A DNA stretch of 20,000 nucleotides from an uncultured virus (IMG/VR IMGVR_UViG_3300045241_000137) (IMGVR_UViG_3300045241_000137), one strand, 5' to 3'. Positions 1 through 8,309 are shown, counted from the stretch's first letter. The notes: a model not told the origin generated them from the letters alone. Numbers and translations: made by a program.

Positions 1-540
1 GCACTGCATCGTCTTGCGCATGAACTGCGTCATCCCGAAATAGCGCTCGTGCTGCGACGGGCGCCGGCGCGTGAAGCAGCGGGTCTTGAACAGGCCTTGC
101 CCGCCGATGTGCGCGGCGACCTTGAACGCTCGTTTGACGCGAGCCGGCGCGACGGGTTCGGCGAAGCCGGGCTCGAACCCGAGCGCGTCGAGGTGCTGAT
201 GTTCGTCCATCACGGTGAGCATGATTCCGAGCCAGCCGGGCGGGACGATCGTGTCGGAGTCGATCTTGGCGAGGATCTCGGACTTGCAGTGACTGAGGGC
301 GTCGTTCATGGAGGCGACGGGCCCGCCGAACTGGGCGCGGACGATCTTCGTCTTGACAGGAAGTCCCGCTTCGAGCTGCTCGAGCAGCCACTCGTAGCAT
401 CCGTCTGTCGAGTTGTCGTCGCGGATGTGGAGGGTGCCGACGAGGTTCCAGTCGGTGTTGGCGAGCAGCGTCGAGAACGAGGCCTCGGTGAAGGCTCTAC
501 GGTTGTGCGAGCAAAAGAGGATGTCGCAGGCGGTCATCAC
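1..540 (-). CDS. GT2-family glycosyltransferase, 3' end runs off the window
   Basis: Not in the ORF track; manual translation MMTACDILFCSHNRR...HIRDDNSTDG...GGPVASMNDAL...LAKIDSDTIV shows the GT2 DDxSTDG and DxD motifs. GTG at 540 overlaps the upstream stop (GTGA). Confidence 0.85.
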   Translation of the reverse strand, partial: MMTACDILFCSHNRRAFTEASFSTLLANTDWNLVGTLHIRDDNSTDGCYEWLLEQLEAGLPVKTKIVRAQFGGPVASMNDALSHCKSEILAKIDSDTIVPPGWLGIMLTVMDEHQHLDALGFEPGFAEPVAPARVKRAFKVAAHIGGQGLFKTRCFTRRRPSQHERYFGMTQFMRKTMQC

Positions 541-1100
541 TTCACCTGCTTCGCCAGTTCGAGCATCTGCCTGCGTTCAAGAGAGTGATTTTTCGCGCGG
601 TACATGCGGTTGTCGGCCCAGGTGTGCGGCAAATACGTGAACGGCAGATCCACCAGGGAGCGCGGCGTGAGCGCGGTGAAGACGACGTCGCAGGTGCGGC
701 GGAAGAACTGCTCGTCGGTGTGCGGGTGGCGTGCGCGGAAGCGTGCGAACGCTTTGGCCGGCAGGTCGGCATCGAAGATGGCGCCGAAGCCGACCAAACA
801 GTTGTCGGTGTAGCGGTCGCGGTATTCGCGCGGCATGTTGGCCGTGACGTGGCCGGGCACGTAGGCCTTGAGCAGAGATTGGATGGAGTCGACCGGAAGT
901 TGCGCGTCGTCGTCGCAGACGAGCGCGACCGGAGTAACGATTCTCTCGATGGCCTCGTAGCGTCCGTAGACACTCAGGTCTTCTCCGACCGAGTTGTCCC
1001 AGATTCCGACTTCGTCGAACGGGAGGTGCCCGACGACCGGCTCTAGGTCGACGTCTCCTCTCGTCACGACGATCGCTGTCACGTCGCGTGCGTCGATCAT
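537..1100 (-). CDS. GT-A fold glycosyltransferase-like protein (187 aa)
   Basis: MIDARDVTAIVVTRGD...IWDNS...ALVCDDDAQL with a DxD-like motif after a beta strand. ATGA overlap supports the 1100 start. Confidence 0.6.
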   Translation of the reverse strand: MIDARDVTAIVVTRGDVDLEPVVGHLPFDEVGIWDNSVGEDLSVYGRYEAIERIVTPVALVCDDDAQLPVDSIQSLLKAYVPGHVTANMPREYRDRYTDNCLVGFGAIFDADLPAKAFARFRARHPHTDEQFFRRTCDVVFTALTPRSLVDLPFTYLPHTWADNRMYRAKNHSLERRQMLELAKQVK

Positions 1101-1357
1101 CTCTGCCCGCCGTACAGTCCGTGGGGCGCATAGCCCGTGGAGAGGTACGAGAGTCTTTCGTCGTCGGTCATCACAGGTGGCGCGTCCTCTTTCCGCGACC
1201 GATCTCCTACCTGCGGAACGTCTCCTTCGAGGACAAGCTCGCATTCTCCGCAGTAGCGGATGACCGGCCCGACGATCATGCCGACCTGGGGCTGAACGCA
1301 GAGGACGTAGTCGAGCATCACGCGATGCCGGCCAAGCAGGCAGCGCAGACGCTTCAT
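1097..1357 (-). CDS. Hypothetical protein (86 aa)
   Basis: MKRLRCLLGRH...YCGECE; ATGA overlaps at both ends. Confidence 0.6.
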   Translation of the reverse strand: MKRLRCLLGRHRVMLDYVLCVQPQVGMIVGPVIRYCGECELVLEGDVPQVGDRSRKEDAPPVMTDDERLSYLSTGYAPHGLYGGQR

Positions 1358-1935
1358 CCGAGCAGCTCGCTCACGGTCACGAACCTGTAGTCGCCGCTCA
1401 TCGTTTGGAGAATCTCCTCGACGGCGCGGACGGTGTTGTTCCGATGCGGCGTCTCCTGGTTCCCGTTCGATGCGACCCCGTCGTGCAGACCGACAATGCT
1501 CCCGTCCGCGACCTCGTCGTAGACGGTGTCGGCGATCATCCGGGCGGACCGGTTCACATCGTAGGTCTCGACGGTCGATCGGCAGTACGACAACCCGAGC
1601 GTTTCGGCGGCCTGCGCTGCCTGGCGGGTGACGCGATGCCACGGCGGCCGCCACCAGCGAATGATCGTGTGGCCGTTCAGCATGATCTGCTCGACGGTGT
1701 CGGCGAGCTGCTGCTGGATCTCGGTGGCGCCGAGTTCTTCGACGAGGCGGTGGTCCCAGCCGTGCACGCCGAGCTCGTGGCCTTCGTTGATCGTCCGGCG
1801 GATGACGTGGTCGTAGCCGCAGTTGACGCCGAGGACGAAGAATGTGGCGTGCGCGTTGTGGACGGCGAGCGCGTCGAGGATCGGCGCTGTCCAGCGGCTA
1901 GGGCCGTCGTCCAGAGTTAACGCGATTCGTTTCAC
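1354..1935 (-). CDS. Polysaccharide deacetylase, NodB/CE4 family (193 aa)
   Basis: IALTLDDGP, ATFFVLG, GHELGVHGWDH, WRPPW and IVGLHDG match the CE4 motifs. GTG start at 1935 with GTGA overlap. Confidence 0.92.
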   Translation of the reverse strand: MKRIALTLDDGPSRWTAPILDALAVHNAHATFFVLGVNCGYDHVIRRTINEGHELGVHGWDHRLVEELGATEIQQQLADTVEQIMLNGHTIIRWWRPPWHRVTRQAAQAAETLGLSYCRSTVETYDVNRSARMIADTVYDEVADGSIVGLHDGVASNGNQETPHRNNTVRAVEEILQTMSGDYRFVTVSELLG

Positions 1936-2606
1936 GGGGCGCGCTCCGCGATGATCGCGCGCATCTCCGTCGCATTCCCCTGCGCTCCTAGATACCGGGC
2001 GGTCAGCTCGGGGTTGCAGTCTGTCGCGCTCTCGCGCTCGTGGTGCAGATGGAAAACGCTGCCGGGGAACCGTTCGTGCGGCCGGTACAGGGTGTCGAGG
2101 GCGGCGACGGTTGCCTTGTCGATCCAGCCCCATCCTTGCCAGCGCTCGTCGAAGCCGACGATCGTGTCGAGCGCCACCCGTGGCAGCACCCAGATCGGAC
2201 TGAGCGAGGTGCGGTGAAAGAGCCGGTCGGGGGCGGCGGGCTGGCTGATCTCGACTTTCGGCGTGTCGACGCTTAACAGGTTCATGGTGTGCCTGGGGTT
2301 GAGTTGGTAGTAGCGGAGCGGGATGAACCATTGGCCGTACTGGGAGAGCTTGATCGCGTCCGCGACGGGCCGGTGGTTGAACGCGACCTCGCTCTCGGTG
2401 ACGACGATCGTGTCGCCGATCGCTTGCTCGAGACACAGGTTCCAGGCGCGTCCTTCGTTGAATGGCTCGCCGGTCTTGCCGCCGTCGTCTGAGACGACGA
2501 TCTGGGCGTCGGGGAACGCGTGCGTCCAGCGCTGGCGCATCCACGCCCAGATGCGGTCGCGCTCGCCGCCGTCGGAGCGGAACGGGACGAGGATCGAGAT
2601 GCTCAC
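1932..2606 (-). CDS. GT2/GT7-like glycosyltransferase (224 aa)
   Basis: ISILVPFR, FNEGRAWN, GFDERWQGWGWID and FHLHH resemble the galactosyltransferase C-terminal motif GFDExFxGWGxED. The usual DxD position reads ESE. Confidence 0.8.
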   Translation of the reverse strand: MSISILVPFRSDGGERDRIWAWMRQRWTHAFPDAQIVVSDDGGKTGEPFNEGRAWNLCLEQAIGDTIVVTESEVAFNHRPVADAIKLSQYGQWFIPLRYYQLNPRHTMNLLSVDTPKVEISQPAAPDRLFHRTSLSPIWVLPRVALDTIVGFDERWQGWGWIDKATVAALDTLYRPHERFPGSVFHLHHERESATDCNPELTARYLGAQGNATEMRAIIAERAP

Positions 2607-3049
2607 AGCTTCAGCCCCTCGATCGCGAACACCTTTGGAGGCGCCCCGTGCCACTGCTGGATCAGGCTGTCGTCACGGAAATGCGAGAACCCCGGTGCGA
2701 CATCCTCGACGGTTAGGTCGACCATTTCCAGGTGCACTCGGACGAGCGACCTTGACGTCAACGTGACCGCGTCGTGGAAGCCGCCGTAGCGGGAGCTGCG
2801 CCGGTCGTCGGTGGCGTCTTCGGTGATCCTGATCACGCCTCCCGGCTTGAGGACACGCGCGAACTCCTCGAACACGTCGGGCCAGTCGGGCAGCGGGACC
2901 ATCATCAGTGCGTGCGACACGGTGATCGCTTCGACAGTCGCGTCCGGCGCGAACGGCAGGCCGTCCGTGAACGTCCATCCGTCGTAGGTGGGGTCGAGGT
3001 TCTCGAACCCGTCCAACGGGTGCGCGCCGGCGCCGAGGTTGAGCTTCAC
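2603..3049 (-). CDS. Class I SAM-dependent methyltransferase (Methyltransf_11-like, 148 aa)
   Basis: KLNLGAG motif I, LPFAPDATVEAI, and EFARVLKPGGVIRI. Confidence 0.88.
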   Translation of the reverse strand: MKLNLGAGAHPLDGFENLDPTYDGWTFTDGLPFAPDATVEAITVSHALMMVPLPDWPDVFEEFARVLKPGGVIRITEDATDDRRSSRYGGFHDAVTLTSRSLVRVHLEMVDLTVEDVAPGFSHFRDDSLIQQWHGAPPKVFAIEGLKL

Positions 3050-3123
3050 CTGAGCACCCAGGCCATGATGTGCCAGACAGCGACGATGTAGACCGCGGCC
3101 GCGAACGAGGCCACAATGGTCAC
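3046..3123 (-). CDS. Small hydrophobic single-TM peptide (25 aa)
   Basis: MTIVASFAAAVYIVAVWHIMAWVLR fills the gap exactly, with GTGA overlaps on both sides. Confidence 0.55.
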   Translation of the reverse strand: MTIVASFAAAVYIVAVWHIMAWVLR

Positions 3124-3881
3124 CTTCGCGGCCAGTTCCCGATCGGCCGCACCCGCGGCCGCGTCGCGCCCGGTGTCTCCTTCGCCAGAGGCCAGGCAGC
3201 GGTCGGGTTCCACATCCGGCGCCGCGACAAAAAAAGGTGCCGGTCGTGGCCGGCGTAGCGCATCCCTTTCTGGTAGGTGAGGTCGCGCTTGATGCTCCGG
3301 TCGAACGTCGGATGACGGTGCTCGACGAGCGAGTCCGGTGCTGCGACGAACTGGCCGCGCGAGATCGCCGTCTCGCAGAACTCCACGTCGACCGAGTTGT
3401 GCATGTACGCGTGGTGCAGCACCTCGTTCGGGTTGTCGATCGTCCCGAACGGGACGTAGTTGCGGTGCAGCAGCGGGTGCGTGGCGTGCTTGCCCGCCTT
3501 CACAAGCGGGTTCACCATGTCGTTCGTTCCGACCACCAGACAGCCGGTGCGGATGTGGGCGTTCAGGGCGGCGCGGAACCAGCCGGGATGAAACGACAGG
3601 TCGTCTGCGGCCAGCAGGATCCAGTCGCTCGAGGTCGTGCGGATGCCGCGGTTCATCTTGCGGGTGTAGTCGCGCGGACTGTTCGGCCACGGAACGATCT
3701 CGTGCCAGAGGCCGCGCGCGGCCAGTTCCGCGATCTCGCCGGCGTCCTCGGGGTTAACCAGGAACAGCATCGACGCCTCCACGTTCTCGCCGGCCAGCGA
3801 CGCCTCGAACGACGCGACCAAAGGCCCAATGTTCTGCGGACGGGCGAGGACCGGGACGAGCGCGACGAGCGTTGGTGTCAC
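3120..3881 (-). CDS. GT-A fold (GT2-like) glycosyltransferase (about 253 aa)
   Basis: LVPVLARP, YTRKMNRG, WILLAADDL, NSVDVEF and VEHRHP. The start is uncertain (GTG 3881 chosen). Confidence 0.75.
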   Translation of the reverse strand: MTPTLVALVPVLARPQNIGPLVASFEASLAGENVEASMLFLVNPEDAGEIAELAARGLWHEIVPWPNSPRDYTRKMNRGIRTTSSDWILLAADDLSFHPGWFRAALNAHIRTGCLVVGTNDMVNPLVKAGKHATHPLLHRNYVPFGTIDNPNEVLHHAYMHNSVDVEFCETAISRGQFVAAPDSLVEHRHPTFDRSIKRDLTYQKGMRYAGHDRHLFLSRRRMWNPTAAWPLAKETPGATRPRVRPIGNWPRR

Positions 3882-3892
3882 GGACGGTGACG

Positions 3893-4951
3893 TTAGGAAC
3901 TCGCTCGGACGAGCGGCAAACCGACAGGGACGAGAGCGTTGTGGCGGAACGGCGTGTAGTCGACGTGGTGTTGCGGGCGCCCCCACTTCTCACTGACGGT
4001 CACGACATCCGGGTGCTGCGCGAGCAGCGACTCCGCCATCGCAAGGCGACCGTCATCGGCGTACAGCTCATCGGTGTTGCCGCCGCTCATGTGCATCGTC
4101 TCGACCTTGTGGGCCTGATAGGCGTTGAGCAAGACGGTCACCCACCCGGCCTTCAACACTCGCAACGAAAGGTCGGTGTCCTCGTTGTAGCGTCCGCGCC
4201 AGCGGAATGGCAACGCGTGATTGATCAGGATGCACGAGTAGACCCGCGTGTTCAGACGATAGGGCGGAAGATCCGGGTGGGCACCATCCGCGAATCCCCG
4301 GTACTGCAAACCAGCCAATCCGACATTCTCATACCGATCGACGAAGTTCTCACAGGGAATGAAAGGGTTTTCGTCCTTGATGATGCTCGTGCGGTTGTGG
4401 TTCAATCGAGCGAAGTCCTCGATGTTGTCGTCGAGAATCCAGTGGCGCGCTGCACCCGACTCGACCGCGTGGTCCCAGACCCAGTTCCGCGCCGGGATCG
4501 AACCTTGTCCGAGATCGCCGAACGGGAGTAAAAGAATCTTCTCCTCGTCCACGTGCTCCGCATACAGATCGCGCTCCTGCGGCTCGACAACAATCCGGTA
4601 AGCGATCCCCAACTTGTCTAGGGCAACGTACGTCAGCCGATTCCAGAAACCAGCCGGCCTGCCCTTCGAGATGATGTAAATCGGGTAACGATTCGGCAAA
4701 ACCTTCTCCGGTTCAAACTCACGAACCCACCCGTCCGTCGGTGTCTTCTTGAACGGATACCACAATCCACGCTGCCTGCCAGGGTTATGACAGCCAACGA
4801 GCTCAAGAAACGCGTGCCGATCCTCAACGGTCCGAAAATAGACGCGAAGCGAACCGCCATGCGGTCGCTCATCACCCTGAACGAACTCGGGCATGCCCTC
4901 CCAGTGCTCGACCCACGAAGGATCGACATCGAAAAGGCGACTCTCGCTCAC
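3893..4951 (-). CDS. TET-associated (TAGT)/GREB1-like circularly permuted glycosyltransferase with an N-terminal WEGMPEF domain (352 aa)
   Basis: YPIYIISKGR, ARNWVWDH, HWILDDNI, NTRVYSCILI, WRGRYNEDTDLSLRVLKAG and GGNT are motifs I recognise from this phage family. Confidence 0.8.
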   Translation of the reverse strand: MSESRLFDVDPSWVEHWEGMPEFVQGDERPHGGSLRVYFRTVEDRHAFLELVGCHNPGRQRGLWYPFKKTPTDGWVREFEPEKVLPNRYPIYIISKGRPAGFWNRLTYVALDKLGIAYRIVVEPQERDLYAEHVDEEKILLLPFGDLGQGSIPARNWVWDHAVESGAARHWILDDNIEDFARLNHNRTSIIKDENPFIPCENFVDRYENVGLAGLQYRGFADGAHPDLPPYRLNTRVYSCILINHALPFRWRGRYNEDTDLSLRVLKAGWVTVLLNAYQAHKVETMHMSGGNTDELYADDGRLAMAESLLAQHPDVVTVSEKWGRPQHHVDYTPFRHNALVPVGLPLVRASS

Positions 4952-5163
4952 ACGTCCCCGTCAAGAACACGGCGTGCATACGCAGCCATCTGCTCCGCGT
5001 CCCGTCCGTTCGCGCGCGCCGAGCGATTCGGCGAGGCTAGATGTTCCAGGGCGTCACGCAACGCCAGGTAATCCTGGGCCATGAGCGAGACGGCGCCCGG
5101 CGCTTGCGTGTCGGCCCACTCCTCCGCGAGCTCGACGATCTGCTGCCTGGTCTTCTCGCTCAC
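4948..5163 (-). CDS. Hypothetical protein (71 aa)
   Basis: GTGA overlaps with terL and with the TAGT-like gene. Confidence 0.65.
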   Translation of the reverse strand: MSEKTRQQIVELAEEWADTQAPGAVSLMAQDYLALRDALEHLASPNRSARANGRDAEQMAAYARRVLDGDV

Positions 5164-6791
5164 CGGATCGCCTGCAACGAGCCCTGCTCCACAGACCCGC
5201 CCCTTGCCCTGCCCAACCTGGCGTGTGCCTTCCGTCCGGCGCCGCGCGACCAGATCACCGCCTGCGTGAACGCATCGACGTCGTCGTCATGCTCCGCGTT
5301 CGGGAACGCCGCCGCCTGGTCGATCAACTGCTGCGTGAAATCAGGGGTGCCCATCGGGTCGTAAAACGAAGGAAGCGACGGGTTCGCCATGCCCGGCACC
5401 CACACGTTCTTCCCCTCCAGCGCCGGCTCCGCAGCCTCCGCGCGCGCGACCTTGGAGGCGTCGCTGTTGAACGGGATGATCCCCCTGAGTTCGCGTTGCA
5501 GTTCGAGGATGATGTCGGGGCCGTTCGTCTTGTTCTCGATCAGGATCGAGTGCGGAGTGTGCTGCCATTCCTTGTCGACCCATCCGGACAGGTCACGGAT
5601 CGCCTGCTTCGTCTTCGACAGGCTCATCCGTTCTTTCCTGACCGCGAGCAGATACATGTTCGGTCCCGACAACCCCCAGAGCTGGCCGACGACGAAGTCG
5701 TTGACCGACCGGTCCTTGAACGCCGTGTCCCACGACTGCACAAGCCGGTGAAACCTGGGCAGGTGCTGGCGTTGCCCATCATCAAGCCACCAGCGCGGAA
5801 AGAACTGCCAGTGCGAGCGCTTCAGGATCGCGCCCTCCCGCGCCGAAGGCCGCTGCTGCAACTGTCCCGCAGCCCTGAACGACGCCAACGTCTTCGCCAA
5901 CGCGTCCGACGACCGGGCCGACCGGCGTGCCGGACACAGCAGTTCGCCCTCCTGCTCGCGCGCGTCCCCCAGGATCACCCGTCCCGAAGGCAACCGCACC
6001 TTCGGCGGCGTGACCAACGGATGCCTGGCCTCGTACCGCTCCGGCAAACACAGCACCTCCCACTCGTCCGGCGACTTCTCCAACACATGCCCGATCAAGT
6101 CCTTTTCGTGCAAGCGCTGCGCGATGATCACCTCGCAACCCGCCTCCGGGTCCTTGTAACGGTGCGGCAGAGACCCGTCATGGAACTCGATCACCTGCTC
6201 ACGATCCTTGTTCGACAAAATCTCCGCCGCGTCGTGCGGATCGTCGATCACGATCACATCCGCATGCTGGCCCGTCGCGCCAGACATCGGGGTCGCCATC
6301 CGCGACCCGCCCCGGTTGTTCGAGAAACGATTGCGCGCGTTCTCGTCCTCGCGCAACACAAACTTCTTGCCCCACCGCTGCTGAAACCACGACGACAAAA
6401 TCAGCATCCGCGACAGCGCCGCGAACTTCTCCGCCAGCTCCCGCTTGTACGAACACGTCAAATGCCCCCTAGACGGCCTGGACGTCCACTCCCACGCCGG
6501 AAAACACACCGACGCCACCGTCGACTTCGTCATCCCAGGCGGAAGACAGATCACCAGCCGTCGGATCTCGCCCGACGACACCGCCTCCAGATGCTCGCAG
6601 ACAGCGTCGATATGCCAGCCCGCCGTCAGCGGCTTCCCATCGTCGTAGAGCGGCACCCCCGACCACGCGTTCTGCACGAACAACCGCAGCGACCCCGACC
6701 ACTCCAGCGCCTGCTCCTCAAACGCCTGCCCACGCTGCATCCGCTCCACCGCCGCAACCGCCTCCGCAGCCGTCAAAATCCCCGCGGCCAT
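5160..6791 (-). CDS. terL: Terminase large subunit (543 aa from ATG 6791)
   Basis: Walker A-like ICLPPGMTKST, Walker B VIVIDDPHD, coupling motif IAQRLH, nuclease QSWDTAFK and HDDDVDAFTQA. TGATG overlap at 6791. Confidence 0.95.
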   Translation of the reverse strand: MAAGILTAAEAVAAVERMQRGQAFEEQALEWSGSLRLFVQNAWSGVPLYDDGKPLTAGWHIDAVCEHLEAVSSGEIRRLVICLPPGMTKSTVASVCFPAWEWTSRPSRGHLTCSYKRELAEKFAALSRMLILSSWFQQRWGKKFVLREDENARNRFSNNRGGSRMATPMSGATGQHADVIVIDDPHDAAEILSNKDREQVIEFHDGSLPHRYKDPEAGCEVIIAQRLHEKDLIGHVLEKSPDEWEVLCLPERYEARHPLVTPPKVRLPSGRVILGDAREQEGELLCPARRSARSSDALAKTLASFRAAGQLQQRPSAREGAILKRSHWQFFPRWWLDDGQRQHLPRFHRLVQSWDTAFKDRSVNDFVVGQLWGLSGPNMYLLAVRKERMSLSKTKQAIRDLSGWVDKEWQHTPHSILIENKTNGPDIILELQRELRGIIPFNSDASKVARAEAAEPALEGKNVWVPGMANPSLPSFYDPMGTPDFTQQLIDQAAAFPNAEHDDDVDAFTQAVIWSRGAGRKAHARLGRARGGSVEQGSLQAIR

Positions 6792-6919
6792 CAGCCGACC
6801 AGCCTCGAACAAGGGTTCGAGTCCGCGCGGCTCTCGTAGAACTCACGGACGTCTTCGTAGACCACCCACGGCGCGATCCAGATCGCCAGTCGTTCGCGCA
6901 GCCGCTCGACCCACCTCAT
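6791..6919 (-). CDS. Small hypothetical protein (42 aa; may extend in frame to ATG 7102)
   Basis: GAGG 8 nt before ATG 6919; stop overlaps the terL start. Confidence 0.45.
   Translation of the reverse strand: MRWVERLRERLAIWIAPWVVYEDVREFYESRADSNPCSRLVG
6805..6820. promoter_or_regulatory. Perfect actinobacterial-type LexA (SOS) box
   Basis: TCGAAC-AAGG-GTTCGA equals the TCGAAC-N4-GTTCGA consensus and lies 14 nt upstream of the terL ATG. Confidence 0.55.
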
Positions 6920-7098
6920 GTCTTCGGCCTCGTAGACCAAGTTCGAGACCGGGCGACACAAAACGCCCGTTGCCGGTGCGGTACTAGATGTGAGAGTAGA
7001 ACTCTCAAAGCGCGAGGTTCGTCTACTCGTCGCGGCACTCGAACAGCCGTCGTGTTGCGACCCGGCGGCGGCGAGGCTGTACGAGAAACTCGCCGCGC

Positions 7099-7305
7099 TC
7101 ATCCGTTCGGCCTCGTAGACCAGTTCGAATCCGAACGGCTGGTCGACTCCGCCAGGAATCGGTGCTGCCACCATTCCGGCGAGTGGTAGTGCGTGAAGTC
7201 GCCCTGGGTCATGGCGCCACAGATCGGCCCCCACAAAGCGCGGGGCTGGCTGCACCCGTTACACCACTGCTGGGCGAGTGCCGCGTTCAACTGGTCGGCT
7301 GTCAC
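7099..7305 (-). CDS. Hypothetical protein (68 aa, CxxC)
   Basis: GAGG 8 nt before GTG 7305; stop overlaps ATG 7102 (ATGA). Confidence 0.55.
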   Translation of the reverse strand: MTADQLNAALAQQWCNGCSQPRALWGPICGAMTQGDFTHYHSPEWWQHRFLAESTSRSDSNWSTRPNG

Positions 7306-7433
7306 GCGTCACGCCTCGTAGACCAGATCGAAACCGGGCGGCGAGTCAGCGAGCCGGGCGAAACAGTCCGAAGGGGATCCGCTGTCCCGTCACCCGCCTC
7401 TGCCCGCATCCGCGGGTCACCCAGCTCGCTCAC
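7302..7433 (-). CDS. Possible small protein (43 aa)
   Basis: Manual translation MSELGDPRMRAE...IWSTRRDA; GTGA overlap with the next gene. Confidence 0.3.
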   Translation of the reverse strand: MSELGDPRMRAEAGDGTADPLRTVSPGSLTRRPVSIWSTRRDA

Positions 7434-7465
7434 CCGCCTCGAAGACCAGTACGAGACCAAACAAC

Positions 7466-7651
7466 TCAACGCTTCTCCGGCACAAACCGAAGCCCACCCA
7501 CACGCACCTCCGGCACCCCAAACGCCAACGACGCACGCTCCACCGCAACCTCCACCGCACCGCTACGAGACACACCCTCACTCCTGGCGAGCTTGTCCAA
7601 CGACCTAATCGTCCGCTCACTCAACGACACACCAATCGAACGCTTCGTCAT
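7466..7651 (-). CDS. Ribbon-helix-helix (CopG-like) DNA-binding protein (61 aa)
   Basis: MTKRSIGVSLSERTIRSLDKLARSEGVSRSGAVEVAV has the alternating beta strand, helix and GxSRS turn of RHH proteins. Confidence 0.82.
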   Translation of the reverse strand: MTKRSIGVSLSERTIRSLDKLARSEGVSRSGAVEVAVERASLAFGVPEVRVGGLRFVPEKR

Positions 7652-8040
7652 ACCGGAGAGTCCTGCAAAGCCTTCAACCCCTGAACAATGTGCAGGCCCA
7701 ACATCCGATACTCCGCCGCCTGCTCCTCCGACGGCGGATCGCCCTCATAACCGCCGATCGCCTGCAACGTATCGCAACCCGAACACGAGCCGTACCACAC
7801 CTTCACATACCAGTAATCAGACGGCTGATAGCCCGTCGCGCCGACCACGAACAGCAACGTCCCCTGATAGTGCCCATCGTCGATTGTATGGACACGCTGC
7901 GGATCCGGCCCATCACCCAAATCGGGATTGACAACCTCCGCCACCGTCCGCACAACCTCCTCATAGCTCACAGGATGCTTCTCCGCAAACAAAGACGCCT
8001 GCGCAGCGATGTACCGATCAACGAACTCCTGAATCACCAC
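7648..8040 (-). CDS. Conserved phage hypothetical protein with YGSCSGCD motif (about 130 aa)
   Basis: IDDGHYQGTLLF...WYGSCSGCDTLQAI; ATGA overlap with the RHH gene. GTG 8037 is an alternative, leaderless start. Confidence 0.8.
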   Translation of the reverse strand: MVIQEFVDRYIAAQASLFAEKHPVSYEEVVRTVAEVVNPDLGDGPDPQRVHTIDDGHYQGTLLFVVGATGYQPSDYWYVKVWYGSCSGCDTLQAIGGYEGDPPSEEQAAEYRMLGLHIVQGLKALQDSPV

Positions 8041-8043
8041 ACC

Positions 8044-8073
8044 ACCCTACACACCATCACAGAAACCTGTCAA
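8044..8073 (-). promoter_or_regulatory. Sigma70/SigA-type promoter of the leftward operon, probably leaderless
   Basis: TTGACA (8073-8068), 18 nt spacer, TAGGGT (8049-8044). The predicted +1 falls on GTG 8037. Confidence 0.7.
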
Positions 8074-8099
8074 GCAAAAAACTGCTAGAAAAAGTTTGT

Positions 8100-8130
8100 G
8101 GCAGGAAGGGGGTCGCGCCCCCTTCCTGCC
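8100..8130. other. Perfect 13-bp inverted repeat
   Basis: GGCAGGAAGGGGG-TCGCG-CCCCCTTCCTGCC. Confidence 0.85.
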
Positions 8131-8260
8131 GCCTCCGGCGTCGAACGGCGCACGGTCTCGGGCGTCGACGTCGCGCCGGTCTCGCCGATCGCGCGGCGCC
8201 GGCCGTGCACGGCGCGCGCTCGAGCTGCTAGCGAAAGTAACCCGCACGGCCTAGCAGGTT

Positions 8261-8302
8261 TATGCTACGCTCGCGCGGTCAAGTGTTCCCAACCGTTAGG
8301 GG
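8261..8302 (+). promoter_or_regulatory. -10 box and leader/RBS motif
   Basis: TATGCT at 8261 and ACCGTTAGGGG at 8292-8302; same layout as 12737/12766. Confidence 0.5.
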
Positions 8303-8309
8303 ATGAGTC

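Larger units (their letters stand above)
6802..7458. repeat. Five related 23-24 bp dyad elements with SOS-box-like core
   Basis: 6802-6824 GCCTCGAACAAGGGTTCGAGTCC; 6927-6950 GCCTCGTAGACCAAGTTCGAGACC; 7110-7132 GCCTCGTAGACCAGTTCGAATCC; 7313-7335 GCCTCGTAGACCAGATCGAAACC; 7436-7458 GCCTCGAAGACCAGTACGAGACC. Confidence 0.85.

Noticed and set aside
5223..6839. 538-aa plus-strand ORF and similar long Arg/Pro-rich antisense ORFs (49-588, 3237-3890, 12938-13930)
   Set aside because: Shadow frames of real genes in high-GC DNA with no recognisable motifs.
6802..7458. CRISPR array or tRNA genes (GTTCGAATCC/GGTTCGAGTCC resemble T-loops)
   Set aside because: Spacers are 100-180 bp and uneven, repeats are divergent, no cas gene is present, and I could not build a cloverleaf around any copy.
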